Below the pieces are notes generated by a model, which searched no databases, was not told where the DNA came from, and worked only from the letters and a program-made list of their open reading frames with translations. The translations under genes were made by a program, and so were the position numbers. Positions 27,901 to 35,993 of a stretch of 64,000 nt of DNA are shown piece by piece. The DNA is from Nitrospirota bacterium (GTDB lineage: Bacteria; Nitrospirota; UBA9217): contig CAVWHO010000016.1 of assembly GCA_963754875.1 (NCBI GenBank), forward strand, positions 70,286 through 134,285, read 5' to 3'. How positions within the stretch are numbered: position 1 is the stretch's first letter; each line of letters opens with the position of its first letter.

Positions 27901-29853
27901 GACTACGTGCTCGATCTCCTTGATGCCGGCAATCGCGCTGCAGAAAGGTCCCTCGCGCGGCTTGCTTATCTCGACAAAAAGTACTCCTCTGCCCTGGCGC
28001 TCCTCCGGGAAAACAACACTATGCCCGAGGTACGCGCTGCGGATGCCGCCCTTGATGCTTTTGCGGAACACGAAAGGGTGGCTGGCCCTTCTCCCGGCAG
28101 CGTGCGGGCCCAACTGAACTGCCTCGTCATTGTCCGGCCCGTTGCCGAACTTTCTCCGCGCCCGAGGATCGCGGACAACGCGCTTCAGGAGATCCTGTGG
28201 CAACTTGATCCATGCGATCTTTCCGGTCTGGTCCAAATGCGGGAACTCAAACAAGCAAGCGATTCCAGCCTGACCATCGACGTGCTCATGCCCGGCGGCC
28301 CCGAGTTTGATCATCTTTTGAGAACAGCGGCAGGCGCCCGCGCAGACAACCTCCTTCGCCTTGCTGTCGATCCTGCGGCAGGTCCGGGATCTTACGTGAA
28401 GGCCGTGAAAGACCTCGAAGTGCTGAGACCATACGATCTCATCGTGATTGGTGCAGACTGCCTCGATGGCGACCGGAGTCTCGGCGCCTATTTGGCAGGA
28501 TGTTTCAAGAAGAACCTTTACCGCAGAGACCGAATCGAAGCCAAACCGGACGGGACCGGCTTGACCCGTGTCGTACTGCCGGCAGTGATCAGCATGACCT
28601 CGCCAGTGAAGGACAAGGGCTGCGACATGAAATCGGCCGTAGCCGCCGCCTTTTCGATTATACGGGTAATCGGGCCTTCGATGAATGAGCCATCGACCGA
28701 GCCCGGTCGTTACGAACGAGTATCCGGGAAAGAAACCATTGCGCAGACTGTGACGGACACGGCTTCGGCAGCGGTCTATCTCAAGGAGTTTGCAGCTTCA
28801 GCGAGTGCTGCAGCTGCCGGAGAGTATGCCGGTCCGGTAAAGAAGGGAACGTTTGCGCAGGACAGTGCGGTCTGGGCTTTGCTCGGACCTCATGAGCAGA
28901 AATCCAACATCGCGGTGCTCCGTGCTGCACGGCTTGCTGCCGACCTTACTGGCAGGAAGGCGCGTGCCGTCATCCCCGCACCGAGAGGAATGTGGCCAGC
29001 TCTCCTCGGGCTTGCAAAAGCCCAGGGGTGTGAGCAGGCATTCTGTGTGGACACGCAGGACAATAGGTTGTCGAGTGAGGGAAAGCGAAAAATCGTCCGC
29101 GTTGTCCAAAAGACAGCGGACGAGACATTTCTCTGTGCAGGGCCGGAATGGACAGGCGCATTCGCCTACGCCGGCGGCGAGTCCGACAACCCCAAGTCGC
29201 CTGTCCTTCTCTGCTCCGGAGTTACGGGAATTGAAAAAGGAGGGACCGGCTCTCTCGCCTTTGCGCTTCAGTCCTATGAAGGTAAACTCGTCCGGCGTTT
29301 AGTGCAGAAACGCGGTTCTTCTTTCATCACCACTGTCCCTGAAGCAGATTTCCCTGTTGCTCCGGAAGCGTTGACGTTCGACGCCGCAGTCCTCGACTTT
29401 GCAATTGACCCCGAATTACTCATGCCTTTGCCGCCCGTAGCAGCCCCAACGCTCTCGCAGGCGGACGTTATCATCGATCTCGGTTACGGTATCAAGGATA
29501 AGGCGGGGCGTGAACTGGCGGAAAAACTCAGGACAAAACTCGAGGCACTGGGACTCGCACCGATGTTCGGCGCAACGCGCAAGGTGACGCAGGACTTGAA
29601 GCTCCTGCCGCTGGACGCCCAGATCGGCCAGACGGGCATCCGCGTCAACCCGAAGCTCATCATTGCGCTCGGCATCTCGGGCGCGCCGCAGCATATCGAC
29701 TACGTCGGCACACGCGCGGAGATTCTCTGCTTCAATAAAGACCCCGAGGCTCCGCTCATGAAGCTGAACCAGACGAGGCCTTCACCGCGCGTTCATCCCA
29801 TCGTGGGTGATCTTTTCGTGACGGTGCGGGAGATCATCGCCAGGCTTTCGTAA
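21934..29853 (+). CDS. Giant 2,639-aa multidomain flavoprotein. Order: FixC-like ETF:quinone oxidoreductase (aa 1-480), hydrophobic helix (533-560), FixX-like ferredoxin (630-700), degenerate ACAD-like domain (720-1165), acyl-CoA dehydrogenase with an insertion (1440-1905), EtfB (2060-2310), EtfA (2320-2639)
   Basis: A single uninterrupted ORF with AAGGAG 5 nt before the ATG. The N-terminus DVAIIGAGPAGVAAAGSLAGSGITVALVEAG...AGAENWSGCVYF parallels FixC. CPARVYVYD...NFENCIKCESCWRA parallels FixX (CPAGLY...GCLECGTCR). LTEPTAGSD (26644) and ARRDARILTIYEGTNEVQRF (27589) are ACAD signatures. PKLIIALGISGAPQHIDYVGTRAEILCFNKDPEAPL...IVGDLF is the EtfA FAD-binding signature. DLIVIGADCLDGDRSLGAYLAGCF is EtfB-like. 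Confidence 0.85.
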   Translation: MNHYRFDVAIIGAGPAGVAAAGSLAGSGITVALVEAGVYAGAENWSGCVYFTENLAEKDCFGAEAIEAAPFERRIARRGTLMHNGIDVIGIELTSLEAFKNCYTVLRPVFDPYFAHLAREKGAVHITGTTVTSLIRKEGRVVGVMTDRGPLYAGVVFLAEGDASHLVRSEQLENTAQPHFLQGVKAVLSLASEEIEKRFKLDPGKGAAYELLLRNPSLSGRTAKLNVGGFLYTNRDSLSMGYVVPLDNLRDYYRGSHDMLFEWMRGLPYLRELTEGAALSAYGTKIIRSGGWRERPVLVQNGLAVGGASTGLGVDIPFPNFTGPASATGLYFARAVKNIFKRGGAFDAKTLSREYLEPLLESVHGENSRYLSAWPGYFGKSNVLFSRTVDMACGSVHFLSKKDIVETGRFLRNHVLSVRGIKESIVDTMHAISALRLWRPLAKTVINPLTIGRWFANLFKRAPAPDRKLGFIIQIAGKERNAASLPWPTGSLVRRLSPALVLALEQIYANDNRPAEKKFSHAVRSLLQGLKLTDFIILPAFGFVLVFFALGTALWDAFRFYLLKTPVDKLLAEPVMAYNESLRKARDLDAVKPRQSLEAKLATNTYHVGDASHIRTLWPEAIPAHPDMSQAALWWLCPARVYVYDAPLAGRGKVTVNFENCIKCESCWRAEPQRVLWGRHTDHKLIYRPDSAAIPVLLHALRENLPSRKGTHPAIAPLDEKLWYLNEDVLQLGQEAFNASSAFIDAVAKLPASSDRGRNAWPLSLGKRLSEKLLKLEAAFTNDGRYAQAEIIQVERKDIELKLTEGRLLHALYCCRRFEQGILSWVREDDGYTIPASTVKKYDRTLSYEEVSRIFPDRIVKQWEEEFMPDAWAETLRQFILEQRDKPLEAIRALSSVNPALGLIAAHQLLANELLTKSSIEPGPGICAAAADHLDIEEEGSGSVRIKGPLSLVPIAASRTLLLTSGGKGYIIPLADAGVTISHTPTIGFRAAGFADVSLDVTVTTYAVLSAERTDIPEAASYLAIALGAGDYLCKRIKEHAAGRVQFPGQMLDTEGRDGIAKLGAVKAMIARTEAWRLLLENLYDVYAKPESRNPQTEMNFSLICTSLAAMSFSPEPGAMGYDAGQVFGGFAYSEDDLLSRFYRDSALFRFLAPGYGASTKLHAALVSLSDDIVFSGFGDLGKIQNAPLRDFVHGLSDVENKCRTLPEKADPGLTGEAQAVIIGIRRLLISIENGLNQGRSTEREAAAAEVLLGLAEDALQKARLSTGRGRVSPFALFPVEPGGTPATLDRDYESFCRAPGAPHISGSFLLSAFDRALRFVPEVQLHDARLRNRWTELTDWFKQNCRDKKFEGLFIERYIEKIHGLPDEVIDAVKNNKWLATYVPKSEDGLGWRKAEYYILNSAAGSFGDAGIDLLIMASTSIGTTPILLGLEDELPRVRQELAPLAQDAGILGEINTKLSRIIGMFSNPNPSLIRKEYEALIKLVDVRVRRTRVVKYLAANFLRAFYSAGIAGRRGDFSGFTANLKHAGGLFENIMPDVRAALEELPRRERCHKLFLRYLGHGGVSAFALTEPTAGSDSGGVKTTAKLETIKLLPRDDGRYAFQLDGQNDKSERYLIDADKIAFTDRGISYQTPDGQSALIQYDRYDYATDQGTRYYLYQGNVCEFHDIGQVRKTNAGLTYEYYSLTGAKMWITNGSIATQFSLFAQTNEGVTGFMVDRHSEGLKVGADEEKMGQRGSPTNEISIDAVRVPREAVIGYEGHGQVNALETLNVGRCGLSVVSGALSRKLLEEARRNIPSTPERDRLLGEAAAIMFGSESLAYYLVGLFDRPHESVRMESAIAKYVCSDDIHELISLVEYAYGPSGQTEKFLLEKARRDARILTIYEGTNEVQRFLILKDLIAMAPAWSEIPVPQDDPASRTLAEWKNKLRNQVKEAARLLGDASWSDAMLQPALFPIADTAGEVLRLDCIYYRMEWLEQQRAVLEQGDRDYVLDLLDAGNRAAERSLARLAYLDKKYSSALALLRENNTMPEVRAADAALDAFAEHERVAGPSPGSVRAQLNCLVIVRPVAELSPRPRIADNALQEILWQLDPCDLSGLVQMRELKQASDSSLTIDVLMPGGPEFDHLLRTAAGARADNLLRLAVDPAAGPGSYVKAVKDLEVLRPYDLIVIGADCLDGDRSLGAYLAGCFKKNLYRRDRIEAKPDGTGLTRVVLPAVISMTSPVKDKGCDMKSAVAAAFSIIRVIGPSMNEPSTEPGRYERVSGKETIAQTVTDTASAAVYLKEFAASASAAAAGEYAGPVKKGTFAQDSAVWALLGPHEQKSNIAVLRAARLAADLTGRKARAVIPAPRGMWPALLGLAKAQGCEQAFCVDTQDNRLSSEGKRKIVRVVQKTADETFLCAGPEWTGAFAYAGGESDNPKSPVLLCSGVTGIEKGGTGSLAFALQSYEGKLVRRLVQKRGSSFITTVPEADFPVAPEALTFDAAVLDFAIDPELLMPLPPVAAPTLSQADVIIDLGYGIKDKAGRELAEKLRTKLEALGLAPMFGATRKVTQDLKLLPLDAQIGQTGIRVNPKLIIALGISGAPQHIDYVGTRAEILCFNKDPEAPLMKLNQTRPSPRVHPIVGDLFVTVREIIARLS

Positions 29854-30225
29854 CTGCAAGGGGATGTTGAAGAAACGGGGCTTTCATAAACCATAATGCC
29901 GACTCGATGCAGAATGAGGGACATGCGGTTTTGCGCACGATGTTTGGAGGGTGCGTCCCTTCGGGGGGAGCAGGCATCAACAGTTCTTTGTTACATGCAT
30001 TTTCCCGATATGTAGAAATGTATAAGTCAAAAACAGCGAGACGCTCCCCAGACGAGGTATCTCGTAGGCTATCAGCGGCAGCTCTGGGAGGATTTCACGC
30101 CGGACTCCCGTAGGAATTGGGGATCATTAGGTTATTGCCCGACCGGTCTTCTCTCGAATCGCAGTACCCCGCTTCGACCATTCCAGTATACCGACAGGTG
30201 TTAATAACCTTCACTCACTCGATAT

Positions 30226-30876
30226 CTACTGCCCCCCGCGCACAGGCCATACATAGAAATATCTGGTCTTATTGAGGTATTTCATGTTGCCCCAGACCAT
30301 GTCGACGGCCCATGCCATGGCTGCATCGTTGGTATACGAGGTAGACGACCAATAGAAGTCGCTGGCCCGTACATTGGTGAATCCCTGGCTATTCAGCCAT
30401 TCGGCGGTATTGGTCTGAGCGTTGTTAACAAGGCTTCCTATCTCCTTGAAGTTCGGCAAGCGCCAGTCATTATGTCCCAGGTATTTTTCAGCATTCAGTT
30501 TTGCCACATAATCAAGGGCATGCTGCCATGTAACCGCTCCGACGAATGTCTGGCTTTCTTTCCAATTAGGATCTCTTGTCTGCATAAGATTGCCGTTGGG
30601 CGCCCAGACAAGCCCCGTTAGATTGTCGGTAACCGTGGTATCAGCGTTTGCGGTAAACCGCTGAGTCGGCCAGGCAGCGCCTTTTTGCAGTTCTCCATCC
30701 TGCCCTGTATTCGTACAGGATATGACGTTGCCTGAGCTGTCATAACAAGTCGTCTGGCCGGTCTTGGGAAGTCTGATTGCGGTATCCTTACTTCCACCAT
30801 TGCCTACACTGACAATACCCGTCACTATAATAACCGGCAATAATGCCGCAAACCAAAAGCCCTGTCGTACTTTCAT
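30226..30876 (-). CDS. Secreted DUF1566 (Lcl C-terminal domain) protein
   Basis: 216 aa with a signal or TM start. HNDWRLPNFKEIGSLV and YWSSTSY...AWAVDM match the DUF1566/Lcl C-terminal domain signature. Confidence 0.65.
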   Translation of the reverse strand: MKVRQGFWFAALLPVIIVTGIVSVGNGGSKDTAIRLPKTGQTTCYDSSGNVISCTNTGQDGELQKGAAWPTQRFTANADTTVTDNLTGLVWAPNGNLMQTRDPNWKESQTFVGAVTWQHALDYVAKLNAEKYLGHNDWRLPNFKEIGSLVNNAQTNTAEWLNSQGFTNVRASDFYWSSTSYTNDAAMAWAVDMVWGNMKYLNKTRYFYVWPVRGGQ

Positions 30877-31077
30877 GTCATAACCTCCCTATATTGAAAT
30901 TAATCGATACGCTGTTAATGTCTACGACCATTTCATCGTATTTCCGTCTTGAAAAGCCAGCCCTGCGTCAACGTTATCAAAGCGGGCAGATACAGTATCG
31001 TCATTAAAGCGCTTAACAGCATCATGCTGACGATGAAAGCGCCCACCGTAATATAGGTGTAGACCTGGCACAGTTCG

Positions 31078-31461
31078 TCATGGACGCACATGATCGACAC
31101 ATTTTTTACTATTTTGGTCATAGTGTTTCTCCTTATACATGCCAAGTTCTTTTCTCCCTGTAACCGGAGCATCACCAAAAAGCTGTTCCAGGCCATCCTG
31201 CATCAGGCTGCATGCCTGACAAATTTTCTTGTTGGCGATTCCATAATAAACATTCGTGCCTTCTCTTCTTGTCGTGACGATGCGCTCCATGCGCATGAGG
31301 GCCAGGTGCTGCAACGAATTCGCCTTTGAAACTCCGAGTTTTTCGGTGATCTCGCCGGCAGTCAGTTCGCCTTCTCTAAGCAGGCAGAGTATCTCAAGCC
31401 TCGTGGGATTGGGAAATATCTTGCAAAAATCAGCGTGCAGCTTCAATATCTCTTTCTTCAT
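31078..31461 (-). CDS. ArsR/SmtB-family transcriptional regulator
   Basis: The C-terminal 127 aa of the 313-aa ORF (MKKEILKLHADFCKIFPNPTRLEILCLLREGELTAGEITEKLGVSKANSLQHLALMRMERIVTTRREGTNVYYGI...) is a complete ArsR HTH. There are Cys in DFC, EILCLL, CQAC and KKC. The start is set at the internal ATG at 31461. Confidence 0.7.
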   Translation of the reverse strand: MKKEILKLHADFCKIFPNPTRLEILCLLREGELTAGEITEKLGVSKANSLQHLALMRMERIVTTRREGTNVYYGIANKKICQACSLMQDGLEQLFGDAPVTGRKELGMYKEKHYDQNSKKCVDHVRP

Positions 31462-32019
31462 GGCAGATTGCTGAACCCCCTCTTCATCTTCCAGAGGAAG
31501 TATTTCTCGAACCGGACCTTCATCCACTTCGCCCAGATGGTCTTCTTCGAATAGGAACTCTGGCGCGGCGGAAGCACGGGATAGGCCTTCATGTATGCGG
31601 CTGTGTTTCCCATGTCCATGAGACAAACCACGCCGATTTCCGACGGAGGAGGCGGGGTCTTCCCGGTGATGCCGGCAGCGATAGTTGCCGCGGCAATCTT
31701 CGCCATCTTCACCGTCATAAATCCGGTCTTGGGAACGCCCCGTCGGCACCGGCGTCGCCTCCGGCGGTGCGATGGCCATGGTAACGCCGATGGCAAAAAT
31801 ATTTTTAAATTTCGTGTGACGATAGTTCTTGTCAACCGGGATGAACCCGCGGGGATTTCCCAACGGCATGACGGCAGGCACGCCTTTGAACGGCGGCGCG
31901 ATCATGGCGAGTTTGAAGGGTAGCTTTGTGCCGTCCTTGAGTTTGATTTCTCCGGGCGTCTTACGCCCGATTGCAGGGCCGGCGGGAGATCTTTTCCCAC
32001 GTATCCCCGTCCACCTCAT
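31462..32019 (-). pseudogene. Truncated remnant of a sulfide:quinone oxidoreductase-like flavoprotein (C-terminal about 80 aa only), read through in-frame into arsR
   Basis: EIKLKDGTKLPFKLAMIAPPFKGVPAVMPLGNPRGFIPVDKNYRHTKFKNIFAIGVTMAIAPPEATPVPTG matches the C-terminal FAD-domain end of SQR/NDH-2-type enzymes. The about 300 upstream residues are missing, with aspS immediately upstream. The stretch between this fragment and arsR is low-complexity. Confidence 0.4.
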
Positions 32020-32247
32020 TAATATACTCTTTGATCGAAAAAACTTTGCCGCACGACGTGCAGCGGAAGGTGATTGTTTTTCAGCCGATGCGGAGTTCGA
32101 CTTCTTTGCCGCAGATCTTACACTTCATAAAAACCTCGACAAAGAACAGGTGTCAGCAGCCAGAATCCAGTAGTCAGGAGAACACGCCGACAATAATCGC
32201 AACCAAGCTTCTGGATTCCAACTTCTGGCTCCTGCATACTGCGGCTC

Positions 32248-34020
32248 TTATTCCACCACATCCAGCTTGATCGACAGTTCTTTGAGCTGGGCCTGAGTCA
32301 CGCGTGACGGCGCCTCGGTCATGACGCAGACGGCCTTTTGTGTTTTGGGGAAGGCAATCACGTCTCGGATCGACTGCGCGCCCGTAAGGATCGCCGTGAT
32401 CCGATCGAGACCGAAGGCCAAGCCGCCGTGGGGCGGTGCGCCGTATTCGAGCGCTTCGAGCAGGAACCCGAACTTTTTCCTTGCATCTTCTTCTGCAATG
32501 TTCAGCAGGCCGAACATCTGTGACTGGACCTCCGACCGGTGGATACGGATGCTGCCGCCGCCGATCTCCGAGCCGTTCAACACGATATCATAGGCCTTGG
32601 CCCGTACCTTGAGCGGATCGGTTTTCATGAATTCGAAGTCTTCGTCCTTCGGCGCGGTAAAAGGATGGTGCATGGCGTCGTACCGCTTTTCATCGGCGTT
32701 CCATTCCACGAGCGGGAAGTCGGTGACCCAGAGGAAGTCCAGTTTGCTTTCGTCAATGAGGCCCAAGCGCTTAGCCACGAGCAGCCGCAGATAGCCCAGC
32801 GTCTCGGCAACAATCTTGGGGCTGTCGGCGATGAACATCATGAGGTCGCCGGGCTTTGCAGCAAGCCGCTCGGCCATGGATTTGACCTGGCCGTCTTTGA
32901 AAAATTTGGCGATCGGCGACTCAAACCCCGATGCGGTCACTTTGATCCAGGCAAGTCCTTTTGCTCCGAATACCTTTGCCTCATTCGTGAGGTCGTCCAC
33001 TTCCTTGCGCGAAAGACCGGCCATGCCGGGAGCGGCAAACCCCTTTACCTTGCCGCCGAGTTCCACGGCCTGAAGAAAGACCTTGAAGGCGGAAGCCTTG
33101 GCAATGTCGGAGATGTCCTTGAGTTCCAGCCCGAAACGCGTGTCCGGCTTGTCTGAGCCGTAGCGGTCCATGGCCACGTGATAGGGAAGACGTGGGAACG
33201 GCACGGCGATCTCGATGCCTTTCACCTGCCGGACAACTTCAGCAACGAGCTTTTCCATGAGCGCAATGACATCGTCTTCGTCGATGAACGACATCTCAAG
33301 ATCGATCTGCGTAAACTCGGGCTGCCGGTCCGCGCGAAGGTCCTCATCGCGGAAGCACTTGACGATCTGGTAATAACGTTCGAAGCCGGCCACCATCAGG
33401 ATCTGCTTGAAGAGCTGGGGCGACTGCGGAAGCGCGAAGAACATGCCGGGATTCACCCTGCTCGGAACAAGATAGTCCCGGGCGCCTTCGGGCGTGCTCT
33501 TCGTGAGGAAGGGTGTTTCGATGTCTACGAAGCCGTTGCTGTCGAGGAAGCGCCTCACGGTCTGGGTGATCTGATGGCGCGTGATCAGGACCTTTTGCAG
33601 GCTCGGCCGCCGCAAGTCAAGATAGCGGTACTTGAGCCTCAGCATCTCTGCGACATCTGTTTCGTCTTCGATCATGAAAGGAGGTGTCTTTGCCTGATTC
33701 AGGACCGTCAAATCGGTCACGAGCACTTCGATCTCGCCGGTCGGGAGCTTGGAGTTCACGGTATTGCCCGGCCGGGGCGCAACAGCGCCCGTGACAGCGA
33801 TCACGTATTCGCTCCTGATATCATGGGCCAAAGCATGGGCATTCGATGCCGTTTCGGGGTTGAAGACCACTTGCGTGATGCCGCCCCGGTCCCTAAGGTC
33901 CACGAAGATGAGTCCGCCGTGGTCTCGTCTCGTGTGCACCCATCCCATGAGCGTCACGACAGCAGCCACGTCTTTTTTTGTCAGTTCACCGCAGGTATGC
34001 GTTTTTTTTTGTGCTTTCAC
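32248..34020 (-). CDS. aspS: Aspartyl-tRNA synthetase
   Basis: Class II aaRS motifs and an anticodon-binding OB fold ([12 protein letters not shown]...[27 protein letters not shown]). The C-terminal GGGSIRIH...[22 protein letters not shown] is typical of AspRS. The start is set at the GTG (VKAQKK) at 34020, which is preceded by GAGGGG. The ORF continues upstream without a stop to 34236. Confidence 0.88.
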   Translation of the reverse strand: MKAQKKTHTCGELTKKDVAAVVTLMGWVHTRRDHGGLIFVDLRDRGGITQVVFNPETASNAHALAHDIRSEYVIAVTGAVAPRPGNTVNSKLPTGEIEVLVTDLTVLNQAKTPPFMIEDETDVAEMLRLKYRYLDLRRPSLQKVLITRHQITQTVRRFLDSNGFVDIETPFLTKSTPEGARDYLVPSRVNPGMFFALPQSPQLFKQILMVAGFERYYQIVKCFRDEDLRADRQPEFTQIDLEMSFIDEDDVIALMEKLVAEVVRQVKGIEIAVPFPRLPYHVAMDRYGSDKPDTRFGLELKDISDIAKASAFKVFLQAVELGGKVKGFAAPGMAGLSRKEVDDLTNEAKVFGAKGLAWIKVTASGFESPIAKFFKDGQVKSMAERLAAKPGDLMMFIADSPKIVAETLGYLRLLVAKRLGLIDESKLDFLWVTDFPLVEWNADEKRYDAMHHPFTAPKDEDFEFMKTDPLKVRAKAYDIVLNGSEIGGGSIRIHRSEVQSQMFGLLNIAEEDARKKFGFLLEALEYGAPPHGGLAFGLDRITAILTGAQSIRDVIAFPKTQKAVCVMTEAPSRVTQAQLKELSIKLDVVE

Positions 34021-34299
34021 GGGCCTGATTCCCCTCTTTCGTCGTTTCAAAAACAGGCTGGATAATAGCATCTCATACAGCACAAAGTCAAGCGCCCAAT
34101 GCAGGGGAACAGCGCCACGCGCCCCTGAAATCGCTGTCTGTCTTGAACGGGTTATGCTATAGTAAAAGACATGTCCGCCCGGATTGTCGCACTCGTGCTT
34201 GCATTCTTGCTCCACGGTTCTGCGGGGCAGTCCCATTCCCAGCCAAAGTCCCTTATACTGAAGCTCGACTATATAGCGGAAAAGACGGACTTAAAATAG

Positions 34300-35047
34300 C
34301 GGTCCCTCCCACGGTCGGGGAAATGCCGAAACTCGGTCTCGCGCTGGCTGGCGGCGGAGCAAAGGCCGCTGCATCGACCGAGGGACTGAAGGTCCTGGAC
34401 AAAGAAGGTATCCCCGTGTCCTTCATTGCGGGGACAAGCATGAGTGCGGGCCCGTCGACACTTGAGACACGCGTGTCTGACCCCACTCCGGTATTCTTGT
34501 CAAGGGGTCCTACGAGATGGCGCAGCCCGGCTGTGGGAGCACCAATGCCTTTACGAAAGCATCAGTGTATGCTCAAGGGAACCTGCCGCTGGGAGATCGG
34601 CATACGATCATCATGGAAGGCTCCGGCAGGGTCGGCAGCGGCGAACTGCCGTACCAGGAAAAGTTCGGGATCGGCGGGGCAGACTATCTATTGGGATTTC
34701 CTCTCATGGGATACCAGCGCAGGGAATTCGTAGGTGCCGATGAGCTGAGGTTCTCGCTGTCCTACCGGTGGAAGATCAAGGACTACCAGCTCAAGGCCGT
34801 GAAGGCCCTCTGCCTGAACGTTGCCTGACAAGAGGCAAGTGTCTGGAACAGCAGGAGCTCGATGTCGTCCGGTAATTTGTGGAACGGGGTCGGCATCGGC
34901 CTGCACGCAGATACCATTATCGGGCCCGTTAAGCTCGATTACGCAGTCGGGGGACACGACCGTTACGCGGTCTATTTTTCAGCGGGATTCGATTTTTTGA
35001 AAGGGGGCTGCGAGCACACCTGCTCCCGGCACTCTGTACCGCTGTAA
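34300..35047 (+). pseudogene. Remnant of a PlpD-like patatin-Omp85 (type Vd) gene: a patatin N-terminal fragment plus an Omp85/BamA C-terminal barrel end, internally deleted, frameshifted, and carrying an in-frame TGA
   Basis: Frame 0: KLGLALAGGGAKAAASTEGLKVLDKEGIPVSFIAGTSMSAG is the patatin GGGxK...GTSxG start. Frame 2: SGELPYQEKFGIGGADYLLGFPLMGYQRREFVGADELRFSLSYRW...TGA(34826)...WNGVGIGLHADTIIGPVKLDYAVGG is the terminal part of an Omp85 beta-barrel. The whole locus is only about 750 bp, whereas an intact PlpD is about 2.2 kb. Confidence 0.45.
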
Positions 35048-35112
35048 TCATGCCTACCTGAACCGGTTCTGCTGAAGAGACGTCGAGGCACCGGTAACTC
35101 TGTGGCATTATC

Positions 35113-35466
35113 TTATGTTAGATAGCGCAGGTATTTTTTCAGCCTGTCCATTTCATGCCTTGCAAAGCATTCTTCCGCTCCCGCATCGATCAGACTTGCC
35201 CGGTCCTCGGTTGCAGCATGATTCGTGAATATGATAATCCGCGCTGCGGGGTTGTTCCTTTTCATACGTTTGAGCCGATTGAAGTAATCCAGACAGAACA
35301 TCCGCATATCGAGGAGAACGGCGATGTCCGTCGCGTTTCCAGGGAAAACGGTCTCGTTGAACGCCCCTTGATCTGCGACATCAACCGAGTGTCCTTCGTC
35401 TTCAAGCTCGTATTTGAGAACACTCGCGAGATTTTTTTCGATGTCTGCAATAAGTATCCGTGCCAT
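35113..35466 (-). CDS. Single-domain CheY-like response regulator
   Basis: 117 aa. ARILIADIE...DIAVLLDMRM...IIIFTNH has the receiver-fold pattern with the phospho-acceptor Asp in LLD. Confidence 0.65.
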   Translation of the reverse strand: MARILIADIEKNLASVLKYELEDEGHSVDVADQGAFNETVFPGNATDIAVLLDMRMFCLDYFNRLKRMKRNNPAARIIIFTNHAATEDRASLIDAGAEECFARHEMDRLKKYLRYLT

Positions 35467-35634
35467 AGTTCCTGTTCATTCTTGACGATGCGAGGGAGTA
35501 TTTTTCAATCTGGCATCGCTGCTCTTTTTGTCCAGACTGTTCCGTTCCTCTTTTACAAAGCTTTCCAGTTCCCAATAGAGATGCTTCAGTTTACCGAGTG
35601 CTGCAGACAGAGCGCATCAAGGTGATGCCGCTCG

Positions 35635-35952
35635 TCAGCCGCCCTTCAATCTATGGAAAAGACAGGCGTACAGCTGGAAGTTCGATCCCTCTTCTTCTCG
35701 TACCTTTAAATAAAAATCACATTGCTCGCAATGCTCGAACTTCATACCGCACATTCCCTGGACCTTGCCGCTGCACAAGGTGCCCGCGATCATCCAGCAG
35801 GCTCTTCCACTGTTTTTCCCGCCGTGCACGCCATTCAGACGGGTATCCGTCGTTGCCGGGCAAACGCCCGACACGGCGGCGCGTTCACCACCGGGTTCCC
35901 TTCCACAACCCTTCAATTCCCAGCAATTCAATTTTGTTATGACATCGTCCAC
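35635..35952 (-). CDS. Uncharacterised Cys-rich small protein, paralog A
   Basis: 105 aa. NCWELKGCGREPGG...GVCP...LNGVHGGKNSGRACWMIAGTLCSGK...HCEQCDF is about 50% identical over the core to the adjacent ORF and shares an ordered set of eight Cys. Confidence 0.5.
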   Translation of the reverse strand: MDDVITKLNCWELKGCGREPGGERAAVSGVCPATTDTRLNGVHGGKNSGRACWMIAGTLCSGKVQGMCGMKFEHCEQCDFYLKVREEEGSNFQLYACLFHRLKGG

Positions 35953-35993
35953 GATTTCACCGCGTCCGGAAAAAAGGTCTCCTCTGAGGCTTT

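Noticed and set aside
29854-30225. Convergent intergenic region after the giant gene, containing gcgtcccttcgggggga stem-loops, as terminator or sRNA.
   Set aside because: The hairpins lack a following T-run and nothing conserved is recognisable. It is probably just 3' UTRs of the two convergent genes.
30933-31196. 87-aa ORF (possible 52-62 aa small membrane protein MTKIVKNVSIMCVHDELCQVYTYITVGAFIVSMML...) overlapping the 3' end of arsR.
   Set aside because: It overlaps arsR out of frame. It has no convincing RBS, the start is ambiguous, and the family is unrecognised. A small TM protein downstream of a regulator is possible but unsupported.
34826-34828. In-frame TGA inside the Omp85-like segment, as possible selenocysteine or alternative-code recoding.
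   Set aside because: Many neighbouring genes clearly terminate at TGA. There is no SECIS-like context. The surrounding gene is fragmentary. A nonsense mutation is the simpler explanation.
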